A stretch of DNA of 61,686 bases, counting the filler. It is 7 parts of 7 records of this genome, joined end to end, with 100 filler letters (N's around TTAATTAATTAA, not from the genome) between each part and the next. Parts side by side here need not be neighbours in the genome. Positions count along the whole stretch, not along the records: positions 37,510 to 55,678 come from SRR22947725_1156; 6 more parts are not named here. One strand, given 5' to 3'. Position numbers and translations under genes: made by a program. Numbering within the stretch: position 1 is the stretch's first letter; every line of letters starts with the position of its first letter. Below are positions 38,519 to 49,627 of this stretch, in pieces. Under the pieces are notes generated by a model. That model searched no databases, was not told the DNA's origin, and saw only the letters and a list, made by a program, of their open reading frames with translations.

Positions 38519-38965
38519 TTATAAATTAATTTGCCTTAAAGCTTCAGAGGCTACAATTGCAACAGATGATGCTATATTAAATGATCTTGTTTTTTTATTC
38601 ATTTTTATTGTAAGTTTATTTTGAATACTATTATGTATTTTCTCTGGAACTCCAGCACTTTCTTTTCCAAAAACCAATGTATCATTTTTTTTATATAAAA
38701 ATTTTGTATAATTGCTATTAGACTTAGTTGTTAGTAAAATTAACCTAGTATCTTTTTTTTTTGAAAAAAAATCATTATACGATTCATAAAATCGCAGGTT
38801 GCAAATATCCAAATAATCTAAATAAATTCTATCCAGTTTTTTTTTGTCAAAAAAATACCCACACGGTTTTATGATTTCTAAATTGATATCAAAACAAGCG
38901 CAGATTCGGATAATTGCAGCGGTATTTTGTGGTATATCTGGTTGATAAAGAGCAATATTAATCAT
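38519..38965 (-). CDS. trmL: tRNA (cytidine/uridine-2'-O)-methyltransferase, SPOUT family
   Basis: PDIPQNT, FGKESAGVP, RSFNIA, EALRQ. Confidence 0.93.
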   Translation of the reverse strand: MINIALYQPDIPQNTAAIIRICACFDINLEIIKPCGYFFDKKKLDRIYLDYLDICNLRFYESYNDFFSKKKDTRLILLTTKSNSNYTKFLYKKNDTLVFGKESAGVPEKIHNSIQNKLTIKMNKKTRSFNIASSVAIVASEALRQINL

Positions 38966-39046
38966 TATTTTTGTTATTATGCGTCATCGTGGCTATAGAA
39001 CTATATTATTAATTTTTCATATATACATGAATTATACTATTTAAAA

Positions 39047-39568
39047 ATGAGCAAAAAAAACAATAAAGATACGTCTACAAGAAGAGATTTTTTAACAACT
39101 GTAACCGCAACTGTTGGGGTAGTGGGGGTAGGAGCTGGTGTGCTGCCTATTATATCTCAAATGAATCCAGATTCTTCAGTGAAGGCACTTGCTTCTATAG
39201 AAGTTGATATTTCCAATATACAAGAGGGTAAAGAAATAACAGTTCTCTGGAGAGGAAAGCCAGTATTTATTAAGAGAAGAACGAAAGAAGAAATTCAAAA
39301 AGCTGAACAAACAAACATGAAAGATCTGATGGATCCTCAAGAAGATAAAGATAGAGTTAAAAAATCAGAGTGGTTGGTTGTTGTTGGAGTGTGTACACAC
39401 CTAGGGTGCGTACCCATTGGAGGTAAAGGAGAATATAATGGATGGTTCTGTCCATGCCATGGATCGCATTACGATACCTCAGGAAGAATTAGAAAAGGTC
39501 CAGCTCCGACCAATTTAGAAGTTCCCAAATACGAATTTGTTAGTAATAATAAGATAAAAATAGGTTAA
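39047..39568 (+). CDS. petA: Ubiquinol-cytochrome c reductase Rieske subunit
   Basis: Tat motif TRRDFL; CTHLGC and CPCHGS. Confidence 0.97.
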   Translation: MSKKNNKDTSTRRDFLTTVTATVGVVGVGAGVLPIISQMNPDSSVKALASIEVDISNIQEGKEITVLWRGKPVFIKRRTKEEIQKAEQTNMKDLMDPQEDKDRVKKSEWLVVVGVCTHLGCVPIGGKGEYNGWFCPCHGSHYDTSGRIRKGPAPTNLEVPKYEFVSNNKIKIG

Positions 39569-39578
39569 TACTTTTTAA

Positions 39579-40877
39579 ATGAGCTCTGAAAAACCAAATC
39601 AACAATACGAACCAGTTCACACGAACAAAGTTGGTGGCTCACCCTTTACCGGTGTTACAGGCTGGATAGACAATAGACTCCCTATCATTAGAATGTTTAA
39701 GCACGAATATTTAGACTTCCAAGTTCCAAAATCCTTGAGTTATTTTTGGAGTTTCGGTGGAATTTTAACGATTTGTTTAATACTTTTGATAGTGACGGGT
39801 TTAAGTCTGGGAATGCATTATAAGCCTGACGCAAAATACGCTTTTGATTCAGTAGAAAAAATTATGAGAGATGTAAATTTTGGATGGCTAATTCGCTATG
39901 CTCATATGAACCTAGCTTCCTTTTTCTTTATTGCTGTGTATCTTCATATTTTCCGAGGATTGTATTATGGATCTTATAAAGAGCCTCGCCAGTTAATGTG
40001 GTTAATTGGAATTGTAATATTTTTTTTAATGATGGCAACAGCTTTTCTCGGATATACCTTGCCGTGGGGACAAATGAGCTATTGGGGAGCTACCGTTATA
40101 ACAAATCTTTTCTCCGCAATTCCTTTAGTAGGTGAGTCAGTAGTCACATGGTTATGGGGAGACTACTCTGTTGGAGATGCTGCATTAAACAGATTTTATG
40201 TATTGCATTGGCTAATTGCATTTTTAATAGTTGGTGTAGTTGCTTTTCATGTCATTGCTCTTCACATTGTTGGTTCTAACAATCCATCAGGAATAGAACC
40301 GAAGGACACAAGAGACACAGTTTCTTTTTCTCCATTTACGACGAGCAAGGATCTAGTTGGAATGCTAGTGTTTTTGTTAATATTTGTTGCAGTCATGATG
40401 TACGCACCAAATTATTTAGGTCATCCAGATAATTATATACCCGCAAATCCATTGGTGACCCCAGCCCACATCGTACCAGAATGGTATTTTCTGCCTTTTT
40501 ATGCAATTTTGAGAAGCATACCTGACAAGTTGATGGGAGTTATTGCGATGGTTAGTAGTATTGCAATACTGGGATTGTTACCGTGGTTAGATTTTAGTAA
40601 AGTTAGATCTAGTGTTTTTAGACCCATATGGAAACAGTGTGTATTTTTGTTTGTTCTAGATTTTTTTGTCCTTATGTATATTGGGGGAGCGCCAGCAGAG
40701 GGAATTTATTTAGTTATAGGAAGAATAGGAACTGCTTTTTGGTTCGCATTCTTTTTAATATTGGCACCCCTTGTTTCCCTAATAGAAAAACCGTTGCCAA
40801 TGCCAGATAGTATTCATGAATTTGAAGAGTGGAAGAAGCAGGGAAAGATAAAAACTATTAAATTATTTAATAGATAG
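39579..40877 (+). CDS. petB: Cytochrome b
   Basis: [33 protein letters not shown]. Confidence 0.97.
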   Translation: MSSEKPNQQYEPVHTNKVGGSPFTGVTGWIDNRLPIIRMFKHEYLDFQVPKSLSYFWSFGGILTICLILLIVTGLSLGMHYKPDAKYAFDSVEKIMRDVNFGWLIRYAHMNLASFFFIAVYLHIFRGLYYGSYKEPRQLMWLIGIVIFFLMMATAFLGYTLPWGQMSYWGATVITNLFSAIPLVGESVVTWLWGDYSVGDAALNRFYVLHWLIAFLIVGVVAFHVIALHIVGSNNPSGIEPKDTRDTVSFSPFTTSKDLVGMLVFLLIFVAVMMYAPNYLGHPDNYIPANPLVTPAHIVPEWYFLPFYAILRSIPDKLMGVIAMVSSIAILGLLPWLDFSKVRSSVFRPIWKQCVFLFVLDFFVLMYIGGAPAEGIYLVIGRIGTAFWFAFFLILAPLVSLIEKPLPMPDSIHEFEEWKKQGKIKTIKLFNR

Positions 40878-40880
40878 CAT

Positions 40881-41675
40881 ATGAAATTATTTTTCTTAAA
40901 ATTTAAGTCAATTACTCTTATTGTAATTTTTGTTTTAATTTCAAATGTTTCTTTTTCTAAAGAATCTAATGTTCAACTTTTAAAGCCTGACTGGTCGTTT
41001 AATGGTTTTTTTGGTAAATTTGATAGAGCTTCCCTTCAGAGAGGTTATCAAGTCTACAAAGAAGTGTGTGCCTCTTGTCACTCAATGAGTTTGTTGAGTT
41101 ATAGAAATTTGGCAGAAAAGGGTGGCCCAGAGTTTACAGCGGAAGAGGTAAAAGCCATTGCATCACAATTTGAAGTTACAGATGGCCCAAACAATGATGG
41201 AGAAATGTTCCAACGATCTGGAAAGCCATCTGATAGATTTGCAAGTCCTTATCCTAATGAAAATGCTTCACGATCTGCCAATGGCGGAGCATATCCACCA
41301 GACATGTCTGTCTTAGCAAAAGCTAGACCAGGAGGTTCTGATTATATCTACTCTGTATTGATGGGCTACGAAGAAAAAACTCCAGAAAATATCAAGCTAG
41401 AAGAGGGTGTGTATTATAATAAATATATGATAGGTAACAAAATACGAATGGCAAACCCCTTGAGCGAGGGAGTTATTGAGTATACTGACGGGACCAAAGC
41501 TAGCCAGGAACAAATGGCAAAAGATGTTGTTAGTTTTCTTACTTGGGCCGCGGAACCACATCTAGAAATAAGAAAAGAGTTGGGGTTTAAATCTGTAATT
41601 TATTTATTAATTTTAACTATTCTAGTTTATTTAATTAAAAAGAAGATTTGGTTACGTATTGAACCTAAAGTGTAA
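40881..41675 (+). CDS. petC: Cytochrome c1
   Basis: QRGYQVYKEVCASCH, PPDMS, C-terminal TM anchor. Confidence 0.97.
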   Translation: MKLFFLKFKSITLIVIFVLISNVSFSKESNVQLLKPDWSFNGFFGKFDRASLQRGYQVYKEVCASCHSMSLLSYRNLAEKGGPEFTAEEVKAIASQFEVTDGPNNDGEMFQRSGKPSDRFASPYPNENASRSANGGAYPPDMSVLAKARPGGSDYIYSVLMGYEEKTPENIKLEEGVYYNKYMIGNKIRMANPLSEGVIEYTDGTKASQEQMAKDVVSFLTWAAEPHLEIRKELGFKSVIYLLILTILVYLIKKKIWLRIEPKV

Positions 41676-42728
41676 AACATCTCCATCTTTAACCAAGTAG
41701 TCTTTTCCTTCAATTCTTAATTTACCTTTGTCTCTAGCCCCAGATTCTCCATTACATTGTATAAAATCTTCATAGCCAATAGTTTCTACTTTAATAAAAC
41801 CTTTTTTAAAATCAGTATGTATAACTTCAGCAGCATCAGGAGCTTTACAGACAGTGGGGATGGTCCACGCACGAGTTTCTTCTGGCCCCGCAGTAAAATA
41901 GGTACTAAGGTCGAGAGCCTTATAGCTTGATCTGATTACTCGATCCAATCCTGTTTCTTGGATATTCAAATCTTTCATAAATTCTGATGCTTCCGAATCT
42001 CCAAGCTCAGTGATTTGTTGTTCAATCTCTGCAGATATATTGACAATCTGCTCTCCCTTAAAATGCTCTTCAATTAATTTTGTATATTGATTTCCACTTA
42101 CAATACTCTCTTCTCCAGTGTTACAAACAATTATCTTTGGTTTTAGTGTTAAGATAGATGCACTATTAATAATTTTAGAATCAAAATCATTCCTTAGGCT
42201 ATAGGGATTTTTTCCATCTTTTAGTAGCGCGTAAGCTTGCTCTAGCAATCTATTAAGATCTTCATTTTCAACAACGTTTTTATTTTTCTTCCCAATCCTT
42301 TTTTCTAATGATTCTAAATCTGCCAACATTAATTCTGTTTCAATAATTTCAAAATCTCTCACAGGATCTACTGTTTTGTTAACATTTTGAATTTCATCTG
42401 ATTCAAAGCAGCGTAGAAGATGAACTATGGCATCCACTTCCCTAATATGAGATAAAAATTTATTACCCAAACCCTCGCCTTTAGAGGCACCAGCTACTAA
42501 CCCTGCAATATCAACAAAGGTAATAAGTGTTGGTATAGTTTTTTTAGAGATGGCAATTTTACTTATTTTTTCAATACGCTCATCAGGGACAGAAACCACT
42601 CCAACATTTGGTTCTATTGTGCAAAAAGGAAAGTTTGCTGCCTCTGCATTTTTTGATTTGGTAAGAGCATTAAACATGGTTGACTTCCCAACATTTGGAA
42701 GACCTACGATGCCAACTTTAAAGCTCAT
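41652..42728 (-). CDS. ychF: Redox-regulated ATPase YchF
   Basis: GLPNVGKST, NFPFCTIEPN, DIAGLV, GEGLGNKFL, C-terminal TGS domain. Confidence 0.97.
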   Translation of the reverse strand: MSFKVGIVGLPNVGKSTMFNALTKSKNAEAANFPFCTIEPNVGVVSVPDERIEKISKIAISKKTIPTLITFVDIAGLVAGASKGEGLGNKFLSHIREVDAIVHLLRCFESDEIQNVNKTVDPVRDFEIIETELMLADLESLEKRIGKKNKNVVENEDLNRLLEQAYALLKDGKNPYSLRNDFDSKIINSASILTLKPKIIVCNTGEESIVSGNQYTKLIEEHFKGEQIVNISAEIEQQITELGDSEASEFMKDLNIQETGLDRVIRSSYKALDLSTYFTAGPEETRAWTIPTVCKAPDAAEVIHTDFKKGFIKVETIGYEDFIQCNGESGARDKGKLRIEGKDYLVKDGDVLHFRFNT

Positions 42729-43285
42729 TAAATATTGCTTTTGCTCGAAAAGTTATCTAGATCTCTTTCAATTAAGAGATGCACATTATCTAAAAGTTTT
42801 TGAACAGACATGTCAATAACTTCAGTTTCTTCATCAGTAAAATCGTTAAGAACATGACTATCCACTAATTTTTTTTCACCTGGATGTCCAATACCCACTC
42901 TGATTCTATAAAAATTAGGACCTATAGCATCTTCAATAGATTTAATGCCATTGTGCCCACCGCTCGACCCTCCAACTTTACATCTTATTTTTCCAATTTC
43001 TAAATCTAAATCGTCATGAAATACAAAGACATTTTTTGGAATAATTTTGTAGTAATCTTGAATCTCTCTAATGCAGGTTCCTGAATTGTTCATAAAAGTT
43101 AATGGCTTTACTAAAATTAATTTTTGATTATTTATTTCACCATTTGTTAGCAGGCCTTTAAACTTTGGTTTTTGTTTAGAGAGATTGAATCTTTTGTTTA
43201 AGCTATCGATAATTATAAAGCCAATATTGTGACGATTGTTTTTGTGTTTAGGATCCGGATTTCCTAGACCTACAAATAAGAACAT
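42728..43285 (-). CDS. pth: Peptidyl-tRNA hydrolase
   Basis: GLGNP, RHNIGF, KPLTFMNNSG, HDDLD, GGHNG. Confidence 0.97.
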   Translation of the reverse strand: MFLFVGLGNPDPKHKNNRHNIGFIIIDSLNKRFNLSKQKPKFKGLLTNGEINNQKLILVKPLTFMNNSGTCIREIQDYYKIIPKNVFVFHDDLDLEIGKIRCKVGGSSGGHNGIKSIEDAIGPNFYRIRVGIGHPGEKKLVDSHVLNDFTDEETEVIDMSVQKLLDNVHLLIERDLDNFSSKSNI

Positions 43286-43288
43286 CTA

Positions 43289-44005
43289 CTATTTCTTTTT
43301 GTCGGCAGGCGCTTTTGCTTTATCCTCTTCAGGTTTCGCATCTTTATTTTCAGCAGCACCTTCTCCAGCCGTCGCTGCCACACCTTCAGCTGCTGCCTCA
43401 CCTTCAGCTGCTGCAGCCGGCTCAGGTTCTTTAACAACCGTAGGAGCTGCTACAGTCGCAATAGTGAAATCTCTATCTAAAATTGTGGGCTTTACACTAT
43501 CAGGTAGTTTGATTGATGAAATATGAATACTTTCATTAAGTTGTTTTTCCCCAAGATCACAAACTAGTTCTGCAGGAATCTGATCTGCTGGACAACTTAA
43601 TTCAACTTTTCTTCTTACTATATTTAGAACACCACCCATTTTTAAACCTGGACAAATACTCTCATTTATAAATTTTACTGGTATCCAAACAATAACTTTT
43701 GTTCCAGCGGATATTTTTTGAAAATCTACATGAATAGGCTGGTTGGTTAATTTGTTAAATTCTATATCCCTTGGCAAAACTTTATATTCTTTGCCTGCTA
43801 CTTTAACGTCAATAACTGTACTCATAAAGTTACCTATTTTTAATAACTTTTCTAAAGCATTTTTTTTAACCGTTAATTTTAAATTTGATTCAACCTCTCC
43901 ATAAAGAACTCCAGGTACAAAGCCATCAATCCTTAGTTTTTTAATATCGGATTTTGTTTTTGTTTCTCTGATATTGGCTTCGAGACTGGTTAAATTATTT
44001 TCCAT
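43289..44005 (-). CDS. rplY: 50S ribosomal protein L25/Ctc
   Basis: VPGVLYG, HVDF, GGVL; ATG at 44005 (MENNL) preferred over the TTG at 44044. Confidence 0.94.
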   Translation of the reverse strand: MENNLTSLEANIRETKTKSDIKKLRIDGFVPGVLYGEVESNLKLTVKKNALEKLLKIGNFMSTVIDVKVAGKEYKVLPRDIEFNKLTNQPIHVDFQKISAGTKVIVWIPVKFINESICPGLKMGGVLNIVRRKVELSCPADQIPAELVCDLGEKQLNESIHISSIKLPDSVKPTILDRDFTIATVAAPTVVKEPEPAAAAEGEAAAEGVAATAGEGAAENKDAKPEEDKAKAPADKKK

Positions 44006-44074
44006 AAGAAAGCAGGTTGTATAACAATGAGAGAATAAACTCAAGATTTGTTTATTAAAATATTGTCTTTTATA

Positions 44075-45004
44075 TTATTTAAATAACTTAGAAACAGACC
44101 TGGATTCAGATATTCTGTTAATAGCCTCTCCCAATAGGGAGGCAACACTTATAATTTTGATTTTAGAACCCTTTGTTTTTTGCTTATTATCAATAGAATT
44201 TGTAACTACAAATTGCTTTATTTTGGATTTTTGTATTTTTTTAACTGCATCTCCACTTAAAACTGCATGAACAACATAGGCGTACACTTCTTTTGCCCCT
44301 TTCTCAATTAGAGCCGTAGCTGCATTGCAAATTGTACCACCGCTATCAACAAGGTCATCTATGATAATGCAAGTTTTGCCTTTCACCTCTCCTATAACAT
44401 TCATAACTTCAGACTTTCCAGGTCCAGATCTTCTTTTATCAATGATAGCAAGTTCTGCATTCAGTCTTTTACCTAAAGCTCTTGCTCTTTCTACCCCTCC
44501 AACATCTGGAGCTACACACACCAGGCTTTTAGATTTAATATTTTTTTTTATATCTTTAACAAAAATAGGGGCTGCAAAAAGATTATCTACCGGGATATCA
44601 AAAAAACCTTGTATTTGGTTTGCATGAAGATCAAGAGTTAAAACTCTATTGGCACCTGCATTTGTAATTAAATTTGCAACAAGTTTTGCACTTATAGGTG
44701 ATCGTGGTGTTACTTTTCGGTCTTGTCTTGCGTATCCATAGTAGGGCAGAACAGCAGTTATGTTTTTTGCAGAAGCTCTTCTTAGCGCATCTATACAAAC
44801 CAGTAATTCCATGATGTTATCATTCGCTGGATAAGAAGTTCCTTGAATCACAAACACTTCAGAACCCCTCATATTTTCATTGATTTCAATATAGACTTCT
44901 GAATCGGCAAACCTTCTAATATTACTATTAACAAGTTTAGTTTTAAGGTGTTTTGAAATTTCTTTGCTTAAAATAGGGTTGTTAGTTCCAGATACGATTT
45001 TCAT
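44075..45004 (-). CDS. prs: Ribose-phosphate pyrophosphokinase
   Basis: YGYARQDRK, DLHANQIQGFFD, PDVGG, DDLVDSGGT. Confidence 0.97.
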   Translation of the reverse strand: MKIVSGTNNPILSKEISKHLKTKLVNSNIRRFADSEVYIEINENMRGSEVFVIQGTSYPANDNIMELLVCIDALRRASAKNITAVLPYYGYARQDRKVTPRSPISAKLVANLITNAGANRVLTLDLHANQIQGFFDIPVDNLFAAPIFVKDIKKNIKSKSLVCVAPDVGGVERARALGKRLNAELAIIDKRRSGPGKSEVMNVIGEVKGKTCIIIDDLVDSGGTICNAATALIEKGAKEVYAYVVHAVLSGDAVKKIQKSKIKQFVVTNSIDNKQKTKGSKIKIISVASLLGEAINRISESRSVSKLFK

Positions 45005-45037
45005 TAGATTTTTTTATACACTTATTGTTCAGTTCGT

Positions 45038-45808
45038 TCAATCAGATTTTGTGATTATAGATAAGTTTCTACCATAGTCCTTCTCTAATTTTGCAACAGA
45101 TCTTCTGTGGCTAAAAAATAAAGATTTATTTGCAAAGGTGTCTTTCATAATATGAGAAATATTTGATTTTGGTATCCTGGCTTTTAATATCTGGTTAATT
45201 ATAAAAGATCTTAAATCAAAAAAAATTTTATTTCTTTTGAAGGAAAAATGATCGTGGTATTTTTTGTTATTAGAAATAAATTTATTATAAAAATCTAGCT
45301 GAACTTCATATTTCTCTTTAGAAATGCAAGGACCTACGCACACCCTAATATCTTTTGCTTTTATTTTATTTTTTTTAAATAATGTCGAAGCATTTTTAAT
45401 AATACCGCCAAAAGCTCCTTTCCAGCCAGCATGGACGCAACAAATGTACTTATTTGTTTTGTCTGACAATAGAACAGGAGCACAGTCAGCTGTAAGAATT
45501 CCTATGGCAACTTTTTTAAGATCAGTAAATATGCCATCGGCATATCCAATTTTTATTTTATTTTTTGATGGTATTTTTTTAAGAGTTATTATTTTATTGC
45601 CATGCTGCTGGTGAAGTAAGAATAGAAATTTTGTTTTAATTTTTTTTTTGACGATTTCAATATTCTGATAAACGTGTTTTTTTTTATCTTTAGATCCCAA
45701 TCCGCAATTTAATGTCCCGTAAATTCCTTTGGAGGTTCCATTCTTTCTAGTAAAAAAAGCATGAAGAATATTGCTGTTTTTAGAAAATGAATTTGATTTA
45801 AATATCAT
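45038..45808 (-). CDS. pgeF: YfiH/PgeF family purine nucleoside phosphorylase / peptidoglycan editing factor
   Basis: Q.HG, ADG, TADCAPV, HAGWKG, GPCI, FFSHRR. Confidence 0.92.
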   Translation of the reverse strand: MIFKSNSFSKNSNILHAFFTRKNGTSKGIYGTLNCGLGSKDKKKHVYQNIEIVKKKIKTKFLFLLHQQHGNKIITLKKIPSKNKIKIGYADGIFTDLKKVAIGILTADCAPVLLSDKTNKYICCVHAGWKGAFGGIIKNASTLFKKNKIKAKDIRVCVGPCISKEKYEVQLDFYNKFISNNKKYHDHFSFKRNKIFFDLRSFIINQILKARIPKSNISHIMKDTFANKSLFFSHRRSVAKLEKDYGRNLSIITKSD

Positions 45809-46862
45809 ATTTAAAGTCAGTATTGTATTGGTTGGATATTATCAAAACTTTAAATAGACTTCCCATTTCTAAGGGGTGCAAAAGTCTTTTTAACGCGCTG
45901 TCTAAAAGCAATTGTTGATTTTTTTTTAGGTTTTTTTTTGCGTTGGCAGCCCTCTCTTTAATCCCTAGTTTTTGTAAGAAGTTTGATTGGGTGGTAAATT
46001 CAACTAGATGTAATTTGTTTTTTTTAAATAATTTTATTAAGTGAAAAAAGTTTACCTGGTATGTAATATCACTTTCGCCCGCATTTTGTAAAATATTAGA
46101 TTTTTTATTCTTGTAAATAGCCTGAACGGTATCATTGCAAATTCTGGATTCTTCCCCGTAGTCAATGGTTAAAAAAATAGAATTTTTATTTTTTAAAAGA
46201 TCGGAAATATTCTTTATAAGCTTTTCTAAAATTGGAGGATATTCAATAAATTTATTTATTTTTAAATTATAAATTTTTTCAATTTTTCTAATGGATTCTA
46301 ACTTTGCTTTTTTAAATACGAAACTAAGCTGTTTTTTTTTATTAAAAAACACATATTTTTCAAACCAGGAATCCCCTCTTTTGCCAAATTGTTTAACGGG
46401 CAGAGCATCAAAAAACTCATTGCCAAGAATAATCAAATTATCTTTTTTTTCAAATTCTTTAAGATTATCAATCCAGTAAATATTTTTTTCATTTTTAAGG
46501 TTCTTTTTTTGAATTTTTTTTAAACTTTTACTCTTTTCTAAAAAATAATAATTAACCTTAGATTTAAAAAAATTTATTTTACCTAAACTTGAAATTATTT
46601 CCTTTCCCATAGTTCCGTCTCCAGGGCCTAGCTCCAAGATATTGAGAGTTTTTGGTTTCTTAATTTTATTCCAAAAAAGAATAATCCAAATAGCTATCAT
46701 TTCAGAAAATATGCTAGATACATGTGGGGAAGTTACAAAATCTCCACCATGTCCAAATTTGTTTTTTTTTTGATAATAGCTTTGTTTAAATTTGTAGAGA
46801 CAAAAATCTATATATTGATCTAGAGGAAGAATTTTTTTTTTTTTAATTTTTTCTAAAATCAT
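45798..46862 (-). CDS. SAM-dependent methyltransferase, MidA/NDUFAF7 family
   Basis: GDFVTSP, ELGPGDGT, NEFFDALP, IDYG, DIT..VNF, MGSLFKV. Confidence 0.92.
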   Translation of the reverse strand: MILEKIKKKKILPLDQYIDFCLYKFKQSYYQKKNKFGHGGDFVTSPHVSSIFSEMIAIWIILFWNKIKKPKTLNILELGPGDGTMGKEIISSLGKINFFKSKVNYYFLEKSKSLKKIQKKNLKNEKNIYWIDNLKEFEKKDNLIILGNEFFDALPVKQFGKRGDSWFEKYVFFNKKKQLSFVFKKAKLESIRKIEKIYNLKINKFIEYPPILEKLIKNISDLLKNKNSIFLTIDYGEESRICNDTVQAIYKNKKSNILQNAGESDITYQVNFFHLIKLFKKNKLHLVEFTTQSNFLQKLGIKERAANAKKNLKKNQQLLLDSALKRLLHPLEMGSLFKVLIISNQYNTDFKYDI

Positions 46863-47637
46863 TTTTTGATTTCCATATTATAAAAAAGCTTCCGAAAAAA
46901 ATTGTTAAAAGACTCAGAAGTGTTCCCATGCTAAGTCCAAAGTACAAATAGCCTAAATGCTGATCTGGTTCTCGGAAAATTTCCGCTATGATTCTAAAAA
47001 AAGAATAGCTCATTAAAAAAATAATAGATAGGTATCCATTTTTTTCACTTAATCTCCCAACCAAAGTATTCATAATAAAAAACAATAATAGACCCTCTAG
47101 TAATGCCTCATATAGTTGAGATGGGTGTCTTGCTACTTGATCGTAATTTGGAAAAATAAATGACCAAGAAACATCCGTTGCTTTTCCTACTAGCTCACCA
47201 TTAATAAAATTTGAAATTCTTCCTAAAAAAATACCAATGGGAGATATACATGCCAAAACATCTGTTAATGACCAAAAAGAGATTTTATTTTTTTTAGAAA
47301 ATACAAAAGATGATATTACTATGCCAATTAAACCTCCATGGAATGACATTCCGCCATTCCAGACTTTTGCTATTTCCGCCAAATTCGATAAATAAAAACT
47401 AAAATCATAAAAAAAAACATATCCAAGCCTACCACCAAAGATGATTCCCAAGACCGCCCACACGACGTAATCATCAAGATTTTGTTCAGACAAATTCGCA
47501 TTTGAAAAGTTTTTTTTAATTAAGTATTTCCCCCAATAAACACCAAAAAAAATTCCAAAAATATATGCTAGCGAATACCATCGTATAGAAAGAAACCCCA
47601 AGTTTATTAAGACAGGATCAAAATTATGAACAATCAT
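46843..47637 (-). CDS. lgt: Prolipoprotein diacylglyceryl transferase
   Basis: RWYSLAY, GGRLGYV, GGMSFHGG, GRISNFINGEL, HPSQLYE. Confidence 0.97.
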   Translation of the reverse strand: MIVHNFDPVLINLGFLSIRWYSLAYIFGIFFGVYWGKYLIKKNFSNANLSEQNLDDYVVWAVLGIIFGGRLGYVFFYDFSFYLSNLAEIAKVWNGGMSFHGGLIGIVISSFVFSKKNKISFWSLTDVLACISPIGIFLGRISNFINGELVGKATDVSWSFIFPNYDQVARHPSQLYEALLEGLLLFFIMNTLVGRLSEKNGYLSIIFLMSYSFFRIIAEIFREPDQHLGYLYFGLSMGTLLSLLTIFFGSFFIIWKSKNDFRKN

Positions 47638-48941
47638 TAGGCGGGAAATGTTAGGGTCACTCTTAGACCTGATTTATTTTTGCCTTCGGTAAATTTAATA
47701 GTTCCACCATGAGAGTTCACTATATCTTGGACTATTGATAGGCCCAAGCCAACACTACCTTCAGACATTTGTCTGCTTTTATCCAATCTATAGAACGGTC
47801 TTAATACTTTTGCTCTTTCATTTTCAGGTATACCCGGCCCCTTATCTTCAACTGCAATTTCTATTTGTGATTTTGTTTTTTTTATTCCAACATCAGCATT
47901 GCCAGCATATTTTAAAGAGTTGTCGATCAGATTGTATATACATCTTTTTATTAAGTGCTGTCTTCCTGTCATAAATATTTTTTCATCACACTGCAGAGTA
48001 AGAGATTTATTAGAATATTTGTGAATAATTTCAGTCATTAAATTTGAAAGATTAAATTGTATCGAATTGACAGATTCTTGGGTAGTCGAAAAGTCTAAAT
48101 ATTCAGAAATCATTTTTTCCATTTCTAAAATGTCATCTTTAATTTTATCTAAAGAATTATTTTTATTTAAAATTTCAATTTGTAATTTTAATCTAGTTAG
48201 GGGCGTTTTTAGGTCATGACTAATACCTGAAAGCATGGCTGTTCTTTGGCTGATGTGTCGTAAAATTCTTCTTTTCATTTTTTCAAATTCAATAATTGCT
48301 TTCCTGACCTCAACTGCTCCAGTTGGTTTTAATTCAGGGACATATTGGCCTTTACCAAATTTTTCAGCAGAATCTGCAAGAATAGAAAAAGGTCTCACTT
48401 GATTTCTTAAAAACAAAATAGATATTAAAAGCAAAAAGAAAGATGGAATAGTGATCCATAAAATAAAAATTCTTGCAGAAGAGTTTCTAATTCTAGACTT
48501 TAAAACAATAAATTGAATTACATCTTTGTTAGTACTAATTCTAATATCAACGACATCCTTTTTGCTTTTGGTGTCATACCAAAATGGTACTCGTAGATCT
48601 TTACTTAGCCGCTCTTCTAAAAGCTGGTCATGCAAGCTATATGTAAATGCATTTTTAAATTTAGGAAGTTTATGATTTTTTTTAACATTAATTTTTAAAA
48701 TCAATTTTTTTTCTAAAACTTCTTTTATAAAATTAAAATCTTTTCTTGTTTCCGGATCTATATAAACCTCTGTTATTGCATTGATTTCACCAGCCAAAGT
48801 TCTTACTAGCTCTTTATTAGTTTTAATCCAGAGACTGTCAAAAAAAACTACAATTAAAATGAGCTGCAATAGCGCAATTGGAGTGATTATAATAAATAAA
48901 TATCGAAAAAAAATAGTTTTAGGTAAAATTTTTTTTAACAT
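47637..48941 (-). CDS. EnvZ/RisS-like sensor histidine kinase
   Basis: Two TM, HAMP, SHDLKTPLTRL, NL.DNSLKY, DKGPGI, GLGLSIV. Confidence 0.93.
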   Translation of the reverse strand: MLKKILPKTIFFRYLFIIITPIALLQLILIVVFFDSLWIKTNKELVRTLAGEINAITEVYIDPETRKDFNFIKEVLEKKLILKINVKKNHKLPKFKNAFTYSLHDQLLEERLSKDLRVPFWYDTKSKKDVVDIRISTNKDVIQFIVLKSRIRNSSARIFILWITIPSFFLLLISILFLRNQVRPFSILADSAEKFGKGQYVPELKPTGAVEVRKAIIEFEKMKRRILRHISQRTAMLSGISHDLKTPLTRLKLQIEILNKNNSLDKIKDDILEMEKMISEYLDFSTTQESVNSIQFNLSNLMTEIIHKYSNKSLTLQCDEKIFMTGRQHLIKRCIYNLIDNSLKYAGNADVGIKKTKSQIEIAVEDKGPGIPENERAKVLRPFYRLDKSRQMSEGSVGLGLSIVQDIVNSHGGTIKFTEGKNKSGLRVTLTFPA

Positions 48942-48943
48942 CT

Positions 48944-49627
48944 TTAATCAGTCCAAAGAATATAACCATTGCCCCGAACAGTTTGTAAATACTTTGGATT
49001 TTTTGGGTCTGGCTCTATTTTTTGTCTTAATCTTGTAATCATAACATCGACAGCTCTTTCTTTAGTTAAATGAACTATTTTAGATATTTGTTCTCTATGA
49101 AAAATCTGTCCCACTGACAAAATCATATTTTCTAAAAGAGATTTTTCCGCAGCATTTAGTTTTGTCTCACCAGATTTTGATTTGATGGACATTTTTTCTA
49201 AATCCACTTTTATATCTCCAAACTTTAGTATGGGATTTAAATTTTTATTTTTCTGAACTCTCTTGAGTATATTTTTTATTCTTAAAAGAAGCTCTTTGGG
49301 CTCAAATGGTTTGGGCAAGTAATCATCAGCACCTGTCTCTAGTCCATAAATTCTATCAGAAGTGCCTCCCATTGCGGTAAGCAGGATGATAGGCTGATCA
49401 CTATTTGTTTTGATTTCTTTTGTTAGCTCTAGCCCGTTTTGACCTGGCATCATAATATCTAAAATAATTAAATCAAATTTAATTAATTTTATTTTATTTT
49501 TTGCATCGTCAGAGTTTTTGGCAGTCGTCGTGTAGAAATTGTTACTTTGAAGATATTCTTTTGTAAGTTCTCTTATCCTGTCATCATCATCTACAATTAA
49601 AATATGCTTTTTCTCATCTATTTTCAT
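48944..49627 (-). CDS. OmpR-family response regulator (PetR-like)
   Basis: VDDD, LDIMMPG, GADDYLPKPF, RLRQKIE.DP..P.YLQTVRG.GY. Confidence 0.95.
   Translation of the reverse strand: MKIDEKKHILIVDDDDRIRELTKEYLQSNNFYTTTAKNSDDAKNKIKLIKFDLIILDIMMPGQNGLELTKEIKTNSDQPIILLTAMGGTSDRIYGLETGADDYLPKPFEPKELLLRIKNILKRVQKNKNLNPILKFGDIKVDLEKMSIKSKSGETKLNAAEKSLLENMILSVGQIFHREQISKIVHLTKERAVDVMITRLRQKIEPDPKNPKYLQTVRGNGYILWTD

Noticed and set aside
43381-43414. Tandem CACCTTCAGCTGCTGC repeat with 18-bp period
   Set aside because: Encodes the low-complexity AAAEG tail of L25/Ctc; not CRISPR or a mobile repeat
46832-46844. A13 run at the start of the MidA-family methyltransferase as a phase-variation site
   Set aside because: Gene is in frame, and long A/T runs are frequent throughout this very AT-rich contig (e.g. 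in pgeF and uvrC), so this one is not distinctive
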